IMG/VR virus record: IMGVR_UViG_3300032242_000872
Span: 1-52,416 of that record
Length of the DNA stretch: 52,416 nucleotides
Origin: a virus
Lineage: Duplodnaviria > Caudoviricetes
Direction: 5' to 3' (one strand)
Positions 27,594 through 36,120 of this stretch are shown piece after piece. Numbering within the stretch: position 1 is the stretch's first letter; every line of letters starts with the position of its first letter. A program made the translations under genes and the position numbers. The notes under the pieces were generated by a model. The model had not been told where the DNA came from and did not search any database. It saw only the letters and a program-made list of their open reading frames with translations.

Positions 27594-27713
27594 ATACCAA
27601 GCCCACTCTTGGTATCGCACTCCTTTTCTCCTAGCAGAGACTTGTGCAACGCAAGACCTCGGATCTACGATCCCCAAGACCCTCAGACTAAAAACCTGGG
27701 GGTCTTTTCTTTT
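27594..27713 (+). ncRNA. Candidate trans-acting antisense sRNA (~120 nt)
   Basis: 5' stem ATACCAAG/CTTGGTAT, unpaired CACTCCTTTTCTCCTAGCAG, two small hairpins, terminal 11-bp stem and U-tract. Confidence 0.55.
27676..27713 (+). terminator. Rho-independent terminator of the candidate sRNA
   Basis: AAGACCCTCAG / CTGGGGGTCTT stem (one G-U) followed by TTCTTTT; no convincing plus-strand CDS upstream. Confidence 0.7.
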
Positions 27714-27717
27714 GGGT

Positions 27718-27731
27718 GTAACAGCTGTTAC
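27718..27731. repeat. 14-bp palindrome copy 3, GTAACAGCTGTTAC
   Basis: Intergenic, 40 bp upstream of the -35 of the parB/helicase/primase promoter. Confidence 0.9.
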
Positions 27732-27771
27732 GCTAAGATCCGCAATAAATACTTAATACGTAAAAATACTC

Positions 27772-27800
27772 TTGCAAATATTTTTGTATTGAGTTAATCT
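27772..27800 (+). promoter_or_regulatory. Sigma70-type promoter of the replication operon
   Basis: TTGCAA, 17 nt, TAATCT with an AT-rich upstream region. Confidence 0.6.
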
Positions 27801-27805
27801 GATTG

Positions 27806-28075
27806 GGCTAGGTGAAAAGGAATGTGGATAAAGTGCTTAATTGCGCTTGTCTCTCATTTCATTTCACCATCGCTACACCATATAGGTCGGACATAACAGC
27901 AGCTATATGGGAAGAGCCCTTACTGTGGGAGTAGATTTGTAACAGGGGAAGAGATGGCGAAGCCAGAGTCTCTAATCGAACGTCTGGCGGGTGCAGTGGC
28001 TCCAAAAAGCAAACTGTTGAAGGCAACCTAGGAGAGGCTAGGTGCGTTCACCAAAAAGCAATGTCGAGATGAGAC
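27806..28075 (+). ncRNA. Structured ~270-300 nt leader RNA or origin-associated element
   Basis: No ORF; about six consecutive stems, e.g. GGTGAAA/TTTCACC, CCATATAG/CTATATGG, ACCTAG/CTAGGT; CCAAAAAGCAA repeated. Confidence 0.5.
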
Positions 28076-28103
28076 TGGACTAATAGTTAACAAGGGGGGT
28101 GGT

Positions 28104-28520
28104 GTGAAGACCAAGCCGTTTAATCAGGCGGTGCATGATGCGTGTGATCCAGTGGCCAGAGATGTAGTGATTGAGAAGATCAAAGCCAAGTGGGGATGGG
28201 ATGCCAAGCCGTTTGATAAATATAAAGTGGATCTGATTGTTGAAAATGAGTTCATGGTGCCTATCTTTTACGCAGAAGTAGAGATGCGTGATTGGGAGGA
28301 TTGCCCGTTTAACACCATCCATGTACCAGGACGCAAGAAGAAGTTGTTTGATAACGATATGCCCACTACCTACTTTGTAGTCTCCAAGAGCTTAAAAAGT
28401 ATCTGGTATTGCAAGGCAAAGGATATACTTAATTCCCCTCTAGTGGAAATTAAGAATAAAGCAGTAAAAGAGGGCGAATATTTTTATGATGTGCCAATAG
28501 AAAAGTGGAGAAAATTATGA
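28104..28520 (+). CDS. PD-(D/E)XK-fold endonuclease-like protein
   Basis: DKYKVDLIV...YAEVEMR...IHVPGRKKK. Confidence 0.55.
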   Translation: MKTKPFNQAVHDACDPVARDVVIEKIKAKWGWDAKPFDKYKVDLIVENEFMVPIFYAEVEMRDWEDCPFNTIHVPGRKKKLFDNDMPTTYFVVSKSLKSIWYCKAKDILNSPLVEIKNKAVKEGEYFYDVPIEKWRKL

Positions 28521-29353
28521 AGGTTTTAAACATATCCAACATCAGAATTGATGGGGGAACTCAAGCACGTATTGCATTAAATCAAGATGTTGTTAAAGAC
28601 TATGCAGAAAAGATGCGTGATGGCGAACAATTTCCAGAGATTACCGTATTTTTTGACGGCTCAGACTATTGGCTGGCTGATGGTTTTCATCGTTACTTTG
28701 CTACTAAATCAAATAGCACAGTCAGCATCAATTGTGATATCAAGAATGGCACATTAGATGATGCAATTCTGTTTGCTTTTGGTGCTAATGGTAAGCGTGG
28801 TTTAACTATGTCTGCGGAAGATAACCGCAATGTAATTTATGCCATGCTGCGCCATGCAGAGTGGAGTAAGTGGTCTAACGCTGCAATTGCAAAGCACGTT
28901 GGTGTATCAAAGATGACAGTAGGCCGTGTTAAAGCTACGCTAGATATCAAAGATGAGGATAGTGTCAAAAAGTTTAAAGATAGGCACGGCAATGAATCAA
29001 CAATGGAGACTAAGAATCTCAAGTCTAAAAAACCCACCAAGCCTGATGTAATAACGGCTAATCCTTTTGCAGAATATGATGAAAAGATTAAAGAGCTAAC
29101 TGATACCATCATTGAGCAGGATAAAGAGAATCAAATACTGCGGGATCAAATTGCTATTGGCCAGTGGGATGCCAGCGATATAGAAAAGATTGATGTCCAA
29201 GATACCATCAAGGATTTGCGTGAACAGATCCGTATCCTTGAGATTGATAACAAGGCTATGCGTGAGAGCCGTGATATGTTTCAAAATCGTAACTCAGAAC
29301 TAATGAGATCTTTAAAAGCAGCGCAGAACAAACTAAAAAAACTGGAGGGATAA
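28517..29353 (+). CDS. ParB-like protein (ParB/Srx N-domain, HTH, coiled coil)
   Basis: GTQAR, YWLADGFHR, ANGKRGL, WSNAAIAKHVGVSKMTVGRVK, C-terminal heptads. Confidence 0.8.
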   Translation: MKVLNISNIRIDGGTQARIALNQDVVKDYAEKMRDGEQFPEITVFFDGSDYWLADGFHRYFATKSNSTVSINCDIKNGTLDDAILFAFGANGKRGLTMSAEDNRNVIYAMLRHAEWSKWSNAAIAKHVGVSKMTVGRVKATLDIKDEDSVKKFKDRHGNESTMETKNLKSKKPTKPDVITANPFAEYDEKIKELTDTIIEQDKENQILRDQIAIGQWDASDIEKIDVQDTIKDLREQIRILEIDNKAMRESRDMFQNRNSELMRSLKAAQNKLKKLEG

Positions 29354-29514
29354 TGAAAGACTATGCACCATATCTAATCAACGCTAGAAAACTTTTGCGT
29401 GGAATAGAGGAAAGTACTAATAAGAGAGAATATAAAAAGGCCTTTGAATTAGCTTATCATCTAGGAGAGTTGTCTGAGATGTTAAAAGAGTCTTTGTTGC
29501 ACATGAAAAAATAG
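29353..29514 (+). CDS. 53-aa hypothetical protein (not in ORF track)
   Basis: GGAGG RBS and TAATG coupling; MKDYAPYLINARKLL. Confidence 0.5.
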   Translation: MKDYAPYLINARKLLRGIEESTNKREYKKAFELAYHLGELSEMLKESLLHMKK

Positions 29515-29567
29515 GTCGCAAGACCAGCCCAAGTCAGGGGGGAATCCTGACAGTTAAAGGAATAGTA

Positions 29568-31076
29568 ATGTTAGAGTTGCGTGAGCATCAAGTGCAAGTC
29601 ATTGATGCGTTAAGAGATGGTTTTAGAAAAGGCCATCGTGCCCAATTGCTATATGCCCCAACGGGGTTTGGCAAAACAGAAGTAGCAATTTATTTAATGA
29701 AGGCTACCTCTGAGAAATACAAAAAGGCTGCCATGGTTTTAGATCGGCTAGTCTTAGTAGATCAAACCAGTATGCGTCTTACTAAGTATGGTATCAATCA
29801 TGGCGTATTTCAAGCGGATCACTGGAAATATGATATTCGTGAAAGGCTGCAAGTAGCTTCTGCACAGACCATGGAAAAGCGTAGTAACTTTCCAGAGATG
29901 GATTTAATCATCGTAGATGAATGTCATATCACCAGAGAGCAGACTACAGAGCTTATTAAATCTAATCCAAATGTCAGAGTGATTGGTTTAACTGCAACAC
30001 CTTTTACTAAAGGTCTGGGAGATATATATACCAATGTCGTTTGCGGATCTACTACGCAGGACTTAGTGCAAAAGAAATGGCTTGCACCGCTTAAGGTTTA
30101 TATCTCTAAAGAAATTGATATGACTGGAGTTAAGAAGGTTGCTGGAGAATGGAGTCAAGATCAGGTGACCCAGCGTGGTATGCAGATCACAGGCAACATT
30201 GTTGATGAATGGATTAAGAAGACTCATGAAGTATTTGGCAGACCAAGAAAGACGATTGTCTTTTGTGCTGGTGTTGCTCATGGTGCAGATCTAGTAGATC
30301 AGTTTGCTCAGAAGGGTTATAACTTTGTATCTATTTCTTATAAAGATAATGATGAGTTTAAGAAGGCAGCCATAGAAGACTTTGCACGGCCAGACACAGA
30401 GATCCATGGCCTCATAGCTACAGACATCCTCACCAGGGGATTTGATGTCCCCGATGTCATGATTGGTGTATCAGCAAGACCATTTTCTAAATCCTTATCA
30501 AGCCATATACAACAGATGGGTCGTGTGATGCGTAGCCATCCAGATAAAGAGTTTGCACTGTGGTTAGATCACTCAGGCAATTACCTTCGGTTCCGTGATG
30601 AATGGGATGATGTATATGAAGTAGGAGTCAGCAAGCTAGATCAGCACTCAGAAAAAGCCAAGCGTGAGCCTACAGAGAAGGTTAAAAAAGAATCTAAGTG
30701 CCCTAAGTGTGAGGCACTATGGCCTAAGAACTCAGATACTTGCTCATCTTGCGGGTTTGTGCGCCAAAAGCGTAATCAGGTGGACTCAGTAGCGGGTGAG
30801 CTAATTGAGCTTGGCAGCGTAGGTAAATCTCAAAAGCAGGAAAAGCAGATATTTTATTCAGAGCTGCTCTATATTGCTAAAGAAAGAAATTACAATGAGC
30901 ATTGGGCAAGCCATAAGTATCGAGAGAAGTTTGGAGTATGGCCTAGAGGATTAGATCAACAACCTATGCCCCCTACATTAAAGACGGCAAATTGGATTAA
31001 AAGCAAAAACATTGCTTGGGCTAAAAAGTCTAAGCGTAAACCTATGACAGTAAATTTGGAGAGATTAAATGACTAG
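29568..31076 (+). CDS. SF2 DExH helicase (YejH/SSL2-like) with C-terminal Zn ribbon
   Basis: APTGFGKT, DECH, GLTATP, LTRGFD, QQMGRVMR, CPKC..CSSC. Confidence 0.9.
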   Translation: MLELREHQVQVIDALRDGFRKGHRAQLLYAPTGFGKTEVAIYLMKATSEKYKKAAMVLDRLVLVDQTSMRLTKYGINHGVFQADHWKYDIRERLQVASAQTMEKRSNFPEMDLIIVDECHITREQTTELIKSNPNVRVIGLTATPFTKGLGDIYTNVVCGSTTQDLVQKKWLAPLKVYISKEIDMTGVKKVAGEWSQDQVTQRGMQITGNIVDEWIKKTHEVFGRPRKTIVFCAGVAHGADLVDQFAQKGYNFVSISYKDNDEFKKAAIEDFARPDTEIHGLIATDILTRGFDVPDVMIGVSARPFSKSLSSHIQQMGRVMRSHPDKEFALWLDHSGNYLRFRDEWDDVYEVGVSKLDQHSEKAKREPTEKVKKESKCPKCEALWPKNSDTCSSCGFVRQKRNQVDSVAGELIELGSVGKSQKQEKQIFYSELLYIAKERNYNEHWASHKYREKFGVWPRGLDQQPMPPTLKTANWIKSKNIAWAKKSKRKPMTVNLERLND

Positions 31077-31230
31077 AGATGGTGGTAAGGGTGATGCACC
31101 TCGCCCATTGGTTGTGCCGATAGAAGAATTTGATAAGAACTTTGAAACAATCTTTGGTAAAAAAGAAAAGACTTACGAACCTATTCCATTTTTTGGTTTG
31201 ATTGAAAATGAGGATGAAGATGAGATTTGA
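31069..31230 (+). CDS. 53-aa conserved small phage protein (not in ORF track)
   Basis: MTRDGGKGDAPRP...FDKNFETIFG. Confidence 0.55.
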   Translation: MTRDGGKGDAPRPLVVPIEEFDKNFETIFGKKEKTYEPIPFFGLIENEDEDEI

Positions 31231-32053
31231 AGACTTTGCTAAATCCCATGGGCTGCTTATTGAAAGCACTATTCCTTTCCGATGGGTATCTACGCCAACA
31301 GAAGATCATCCACGCAAACGTAACGGCAGATATAAATTCATGGGTGATATAGGTTGGGTTCAAAACTGGGCTACGATGGATAAACCAGCCCTGTGGAAGA
31401 TGGATGGTAAATTTTCGCTCTCTCCCGAACTATTAAGAGAGAGAAATTCCGCCTTCGGTCAGCGCCAAAGACTAGCTGATAAGGCCGCAGCCAAAGCTGG
31501 CTGGATCATGCACCAGACCAAGAGCGATCTGCATCCATATTTAAAGGAAAAAGGATTCCCAGAGGAGGAGGCCTCCGTCTGGGTTAAGGATGATAAGAAA
31601 CTAATCGTCATACCGATGCGTATAGCGGGGAAGTTGGTGGGCTGCCAGCTCATCGATGAACAAGGGCAGAAGAAGTTCCTCTATGGACAGATTACGAAGG
31701 GGGCATCTTTCACCATTGATGCAAGAGGCATCCCGATTCTTTGTGAGGGGTTTGCCACGGCTCTGTCCGTTCAGGCCGTGATGCGAGCAAACAAAATCCC
31801 TTACAGAATTGAGGTCTGCTTTTCGGCAGGAAACCTGAAGGAAATAGCTAGTCGGCACATCAACGGATTCATCGTTGCCGATAATGATCCCAATGGTATC
31901 GGAGAGTCGGTTGCCAAGCAAACAGGCAAACCTTATTGGATCTCCGACACAATCGGGGAGGATTTCAATGATTATCATCAAAGGGTGGGCTCTTTCAAGG
32001 CAAGTCAGTCGTTAAAGAAGACCTATATTCTTGCATCTTCCGCAAAAACTTAG
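31220..32053 (+). CDS. TOPRIM-domain primase (P4 alpha/TraC N-terminal-like, COG4643 type)
   Basis: HPYLKEKG, QLIDEQGQKKFL.G, CEGFATALS, FSAGNL, VADND, DFND. Confidence 0.85.
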   Translation: MRFEDFAKSHGLLIESTIPFRWVSTPTEDHPRKRNGRYKFMGDIGWVQNWATMDKPALWKMDGKFSLSPELLRERNSAFGQRQRLADKAAAKAGWIMHQTKSDLHPYLKEKGFPEEEASVWVKDDKKLIVIPMRIAGKLVGCQLIDEQGQKKFLYGQITKGASFTIDARGIPILCEGFATALSVQAVMRANKIPYRIEVCFSAGNLKEIASRHINGFIVADNDPNGIGESVAKQTGKPYWISDTIGEDFNDYHQRVGSFKASQSLKKTYILASSAKT

Positions 32054-32306
32054 CCTCAATCTGTCTGATGCGTTCTTTAGTTAGGTCAAAAGCCCGTCCA
32101 CACTCTGACAGGCTATGACCAGCTACCCTCATCTTAACAATTTCGTAATGTCTATCAATGGCTGCCTGACGATGATATTTCTGATACATCTTGGAAAAGA
32201 CTTCCTTCGTAGGGAAGTCCACCAAGACGATCACATCAACATTCCCAGTATTTCTAATGGGAATTTTACCGCCACAGAATCGTAGATTAACCATCGTAAC
32301 CGCCAT
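31995..32306 (-). CDS. Sigma70 region-4-like HTH protein
   Basis: GHSLSECGRAFDLTKERIRQIEAK. Confidence 0.65.
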   Translation of the reverse strand: MAVTMVNLRFCGGKIPIRNTGNVDVIVLVDFPTKEVFSKMYQKYHRQAAIDRHYEIVKMRVAGHSLSECGRAFDLTKERIRQIEAKFLRKMQEYRSSLTTDLP

Positions 32307-32469
32307 CTACCTGACACGATTCAGAGTCGGTCACCTCGACCTCAAGATCACCAGCTAAATTTGCCAGCTCATCATGAGCAACATCAATGGCCTCCTCCTC
32401 ATCAGGAGCAGATATCGTGGTTGTGAAAGAACCAGAGTAATACAGCGTTACTTCAAAATCTTTAGGCAT
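32287..32469 (-). CDS. Small acidic early protein
   Basis: AAGGAG RBS; ISAPDEEEAID. Confidence 0.55.
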   Translation of the reverse strand: MPKDFEVTLYYSGSFTTTISAPDEEEAIDVAHDELANLAGDLEVEVTDSESCQVDGGYDG

Positions 32470-32800
32470 TTATATTCTCCTTGCATATGCATCCAAAACC
32501 ATCTTTTGCTGGGCAATCATCTATATGATCTCTGTCCTTGAGTATTTCATCAATCCAATAATCAATTACATCCCAGTTAATTCCAATTGTGCAATCGTGC
32601 CTACGCATTACCATCGCCAGCACATCACGGCATTCTTGCTCGGTCAGCTCCTCGCCCATATTCTCGGCTTGTCCCTGAACATCATCAATATGCCACCATT
32701 CTGCCACCCAATCAGGATCAAAAGCCCGTTTAACAGCGGCTATTGCCTCTGATACAGAACGGCCAGCAGGAATATCTACTTCAATCATTACTTTTGCCAT
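32462..32800 (-). CDS. Early hypothetical protein
   Basis: WHIDDV...LTEQECRDVL...HDCTIGINWDVI conserved-looking block. Confidence 0.6.
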   Translation of the reverse strand: MAKVMIEVDIPAGRSVSEAIAAVKRAFDPDWVAEWWHIDDVQGQAENMGEELTEQECRDVLAMVMRRHDCTIGINWDVIDYWIDEILKDRDHIDDCPAKDGFGCICKENINA

Positions 32801-33024
32801 GACTGTGCTCCTTCTGAATAATAAATTTCCCCATCAAATAAAGCTGGGATCAAATAACCTGAGTAATTATTTTTGAGCATACATTCATCTGCTTGTATCT
32901 CGCTCATTACTTGCATATCTTGAATTTCATGAATCAAAGCACAAGGAAATTTATCATCACTTTTAACAAACTCCCCAAACTCAAAATTGCCAAACAATAC
33001 TACTTGCATGGTATTACCAGTCAT
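32788..33024 (-). CDS. Early hypothetical protein
   Basis: AAGGAG RBS before MKMTGNT; start approximate. Confidence 0.45.
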   Translation of the reverse strand: MTGNTMQVVLFGNFEFGEFVKSDDKFPCALIHEIQDMQVMSEIQADECMLKNNYSGYLIPALFDGEIYYSEGAQSWQK

Positions 33025-33412
33025 TTTCATCTCCTTCTGCTGGATCAGTATCAATAACAATATGGCCAAAGCGCAGTTTGCCATCCCCATTAGTGCTGCA
33101 AACAGTGCTCTTATTAAAAGTAACAATGTTATCGTGGTGCTCGGTAAGATCCTCGACCAGCTCAATCGGCACCAGACCGATCAGGCCAGCATCTACTGGA
33201 TACTCTTTACCATTAGAGCCAGCATAGCAGCCGTCACCCCATTGAGTCCCAAATGCCAACACTTTGAATGCACCAACAGACCCAATAGGATTACGGAAAA
33301 AATCGCATGAGGTTAGCAAACCATCCCAATCCTCATATGGCACGGCATAGCACGGATCACCCAGCACATACTGTCCAGCAGGAACAGTCACCTCTACTTT
33401 AGTTATTTGCAT
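33014..33412 (-). CDS. Early protein with GDPCY...VDAGLIG motifs (DUF4241-like)
   Basis: YVLGDPCY, TQWGDGCY, PVDAGLIGLVP; start MQITK. Confidence 0.6.
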   Translation of the reverse strand: MQITKVEVTVPAGQYVLGDPCYAVPYEDWDGLLTSCDFFRNPIGSVGAFKVLAFGTQWGDGCYAGSNGKEYPVDAGLIGLVPIELVEDLTEHHDNIVTFNKSTVCSTNGDGKLRFGHIVIDTDPAEGDENDW

Positions 33413-33995
33413 TTTCTTCCTCCTGATCTTCTTTCTCTTGTTCATGCCATTCTTGATATTGCTCAACCAAATTAAATGTATTGAGGATGTTCGCTGGTAT
33501 ATTTTCCTCAAGCCATTCGGCAGCATCATTTTCTAAAGGAATGTCAATCGAATAGCAATAATCTTGACCATCAACAAATTCGCCACAAAAGCAGCATCCA
33601 TTTTCGTTGTAATAGGCTGTGACCTCATAACCCAGCTCGACCAGCTTTGCATATGCATCTACTGGTGGAGACCAAGCAGAATCAAACCAGACCCACATGG
33701 ACAAACCATCTTCGTCCAGCTTTGCCTTGTCCTGATGATCCGACCAACCAATATCCCATTTTGTGCCCCAGTTTTGAACCCTCCAATCCCACCAAGCCTC
33801 ATCGACAGGCACAAATTCAGGAGCTGGCTTACCAGTTCTGCTCTCAAATGTCGGCTTAACCTTCACTTTTTTATAATCAGGTTCTGGAACCAGCGTCCCT
33901 AAAAACTTGCCATTATTCCAAGCCTCCAATGCTTTTTGCATCATGGCTGGATCTTTATGAGAAATTGTCATCTCGTTTTCGCACCAATTAGGCAT
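33399..33995 (-). CDS. DUF1281/YubB ferredoxin-like domain protein
   Basis: MPNWCEN, WRVQNWGTKWD, FDSAWSPP. Confidence 0.75.
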   Translation of the reverse strand: MPNWCENEMTISHKDPAMMQKALEAWNNGKFLGTLVPEPDYKKVKVKPTFESRTGKPAPEFVPVDEAWWDWRVQNWGTKWDIGWSDHQDKAKLDEDGLSMWVWFDSAWSPPVDAYAKLVELGYEVTAYYNENGCCFCGEFVDGQDYCYSIDIPLENDAAEWLEENIPANILNTFNLVEQYQEWHEQEKEDQEEENANN

Positions 33996-34167
33996 TTTCT
34001 TCCTCCTCAATAAGGTCGCATTCTTCACAAATAAATTCTGGGCTAGTGTCTACAACAATTTCCCCAGATCTCCACATATACAAAGCCTTCATAGCCGCAT
34101 CGTTTGCGTTGTCGGCATCAATCTCAAAATACTCCTTTGTTTCAGCTAAAACATTGTATTTAGGCAT
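33988..34167 (-). CDS. Small acidic early protein
   Basis: RBS CTGCTAGGAG (34173-34182); MPKYNV...EIDADNANDA. Confidence 0.6.
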   Translation of the reverse strand: MPKYNVLAETKEYFEIDADNANDAAMKALYMWRSGEIVVDTSPEFICEECDLIEEEENA

Positions 34168-34241
34168 AAGCCCTCCTAGCAGATAGTTATGATTACCAAA
34201 TGGCAATCCCTATGCCCCGTAGGGCATGAGGATTACAGCAC

Positions 34242-34463
34242 TTATCTAGAAAATATTTCGTATGCATCCCAGCTTTCAAATCTCATAGCTGGCTTTCCAT
34301 CCACCTTATCGTGCATAGCCCAAGTAAAGTTTTTGCCGTTGATGTCAGGATCAAGATCAGGGTAAAACAATTGAGCCTCCTCCAAATTTTTAAACTCGTA
34401 AGCCTCCCTTATAGACATAACAACAGTCACAGGACAATTCTTTTCAAATGGTAATTTGCTCAT
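34242..34463 (-). CDS. Early hypothetical protein
   Basis: GGAGG RBS and ATGA coupling. Confidence 0.55.
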   Translation of the reverse strand: MSKLPFEKNCPVTVVMSIREAYEFKNLEEAQLFYPDLDPDINGKNFTWAMHDKVDGKPAMRFESWDAYEIFSR

Positions 34464-34963
34464 GCTGCCTCCACAAATCCAAATCCGATAGACTCGCCAT
34501 TTTCTGTGAATTGATACTCGTTGATTTCCATCATTTCATTCACATATTCATCCGAGTAGTGATATTCAACATCGCCAGCAACATCGCACAGAGCAGCCTC
34601 AATTGCCTGCTGGAAAGCATAAAATGCGTCCCCCGTCTTTTTCCATTCATCGTGCATTGTGATCCAGAGGGTGCAGTCCAAACAGTAACCCGTGGGCATA
34701 TAGTCACGATCAATATCCTTTAGCTTATTGCCACGGAAAAAACTATGATCCAGTGTAGTCTTCACATAAGAGCGATAGACCTCTCCCCCAATTGAGTAAT
34801 CCAAAATCCTGCCGTGGAAGTGCTCAACAAAAGCAGTAATTGAGGCCATCGCATCAGAAAAATACGGATATTCGTCATGCTCTAAAAAATTCGCTTTCGC
34901 CCGAACTTTAGACGAGTCGGACAGCTCCCCATAAGAAAAAACCTTGATTTTTTTGATTTCCAT
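34460..34963 (-). CDS. Early hypothetical protein
   Basis: F.Y.ELS...KA; PTGYCLD; SDEYV.E..EINEYQF.ENG. Confidence 0.6.
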   Translation of the reverse strand: MEIKKIKVFSYGELSDSSKVRAKANFLEHDEYPYFSDAMASITAFVEHFHGRILDYSIGGEVYRSYVKTTLDHSFFRGNKLKDIDRDYMPTGYCLDCTLWITMHDEWKKTGDAFYAFQQAIEAALCDVAGDVEYHYSDEYVNEMMEINEYQFTENGESIGFGFVEAA

Positions 34964-34975
34964 TTTCTAAACCCC

Positions 34976-35077
34976 TTAAATAAAAATTAATAAAGCACGA
35001 ACAGCCACGGACACGGCATAAACAGCCGAGGCCACAGCTCCAAGATCAAGCAAGTAATCACGGGTATGTGCGCTCAT
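34976..35077 (-). CDS. 33-aa hydrophobic peptide (not in ORF track)
   Basis: TAATG coupling; MSAHTRDYLLDLGAVASAVYAVSVAVRALLIFI. Confidence 0.35.
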   Translation of the reverse strand: MSAHTRDYLLDLGAVASAVYAVSVAVRALLIFI

Positions 35078-35256
35078 TAGTAACCCCCAAACAAGTCCAG
35101 AACATCTTCCCGAAATTCAGCAGGGGTATAATCCCCGTTTGCCAGCTCGACCAGCAGACCCAGCAAAGCCTCTTTTGAGTCGTGATCGCTGCCGACCCAA
35201 TGAGAGACCATCATCTGATCTACTCGGATCATTTCATGCATTGAATTTAATTTCAT
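35077..35256 (-). CDS. 59-aa early protein (not in ORF track)
   Basis: RBS CTGCTAGGAG (35265-35274); MKLNSMHEMIRVDQ...LVELANGDY. Confidence 0.6.
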   Translation of the reverse strand: MKLNSMHEMIRVDQMMVSHWVGSDHDSKEALLGLLVELANGDYTPAEFREDVLDLFGGY

Positions 35257-35330
35257 TTTTAAAACTCCTAGCAGTTGAACATAGACCCCGTGGGGGGTTT
35301 CGCTGGGATCTCACCAGCTCATCAGTATGT

Positions 35331-35522
35331 TTATTTATTGAGCTGTGCCTGAATAGCCTTTCCGAGCTCGATCCAGCTCTCAGGATTGATTAGGCCTCGC
35401 TCTGGGTAGTCTTCAGGCTTAGACTCAGCGACCAGCGCAGAATATCGGAGCAGAGCCTCGATTGTCATCACAGCAGCCAGAGGGTGAGACTTAAGGATTT
35501 TATTTAAGGTTTTAGATTGCAT
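35331..35522 (-). CDS. Early hypothetical protein
   Basis: GGAGG RBS and TGATG coupling. Confidence 0.55.
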   Translation of the reverse strand: MQSKTLNKILKSHPLAAVMTIEALLRYSALVAESKPEDYPERGLINPESWIELGKAIQAQLNK

Positions 35523-35965
35523 CAGGCAGCCTCCGCCATTTTGGGAGCGACAAAGTAGCCAATGGTATGACCTTTTTTATTGCCTTCCCATTGAACTTCT
35601 AAACCGAGAGCCTCGGCTATTCTAATCATTGACGATTGGCCACAAGCACCATCCAGAGAGACCGATCCGTCAGGCCTGACAGTCAGGCCATAAAAGCGAG
35701 GGTTAATTTCTTCGGTAACCCTGCGAAAACCAGCAACAGAATATCCGCAATCCTCCAAAGGCAAACGGGAAACCAACTCGACCAGCTCCGATTGATATTC
35801 GGACTCCAGCCAATCACCGAAGACTGTCCCAATCATGTCATAGCCACCACCAGAGCAGCGATAGCGTTTGCCAGACTGGCGAGAATCAAGACGGCATATG
35901 TTATAGCCGTAAGTATCACGACCACGGGAAATAGACCAAGTAACAGATAAATGATTGATATTCAT
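35522..35965 (-). CDS. Early hypothetical protein
   Basis: RBS AACTAGGAG; SRGRDTYGYNI, GGGYDM.G, DGACG. Confidence 0.65.
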   Translation of the reverse strand: MNINHLSVTWSISRGRDTYGYNICRLDSRQSGKRYRCSGGGYDMIGTVFGDWLESEYQSELVELVSRLPLEDCGYSVAGFRRVTEEINPRFYGLTVRPDGSVSLDGACGQSSMIRIAEALGLEVQWEGNKKGHTIGYFVAPKMAEAA

Positions 35966-35976
35966 TTGTAAAACTC

Positions 35977-36120
35977 CTAGTTAGATTCAAGAAAAGAAAC
36001 AGCAAGAACAACGCAACCCAGCAACAGATTGCCAGCAACAAACACGGCAGAGCAGCCACCAAGCCCGCCAAGAACAGCACCGAACAAGTGAGCAGCAGCC
36101 AAAGGGATATAAGCGTCCAT
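35977..36120 (-). CDS. 47-aa membrane peptide (not in ORF track)
   Basis: TAATG coupling; MDAYIPLAAAHLFGAVLGGLGGCSAVFVAGNLLLGCVVLAVSF. Confidence 0.45.
   Translation of the reverse strand: MDAYIPLAAAHLFGAVLGGLGGCSAVFVAGNLLLGCVVLAVSFLESN

Noticed and set aside
27718-27731. Palindrome read as an NtcA box (GTA-N8-TAC), matS or canonical parS
   Set aside because: It fits GTA-N8-TAC, but three of four copies are deep inside coding regions and nothing indicates a cyanobacterial host. It differs from matS (GTGACRNYGTCAC) and from TGTTTCACGTGAAACA
27444-27797. ORF-track entries 27444..27677(-), 27451..27756(+) and 27609..27797(+)
   Set aside because: They run through promoter, AT-rich and terminator sequence with atypical composition. 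A GTG start at 27620 on the minus strand is kept only as the alternative explanation of the sRNA seed
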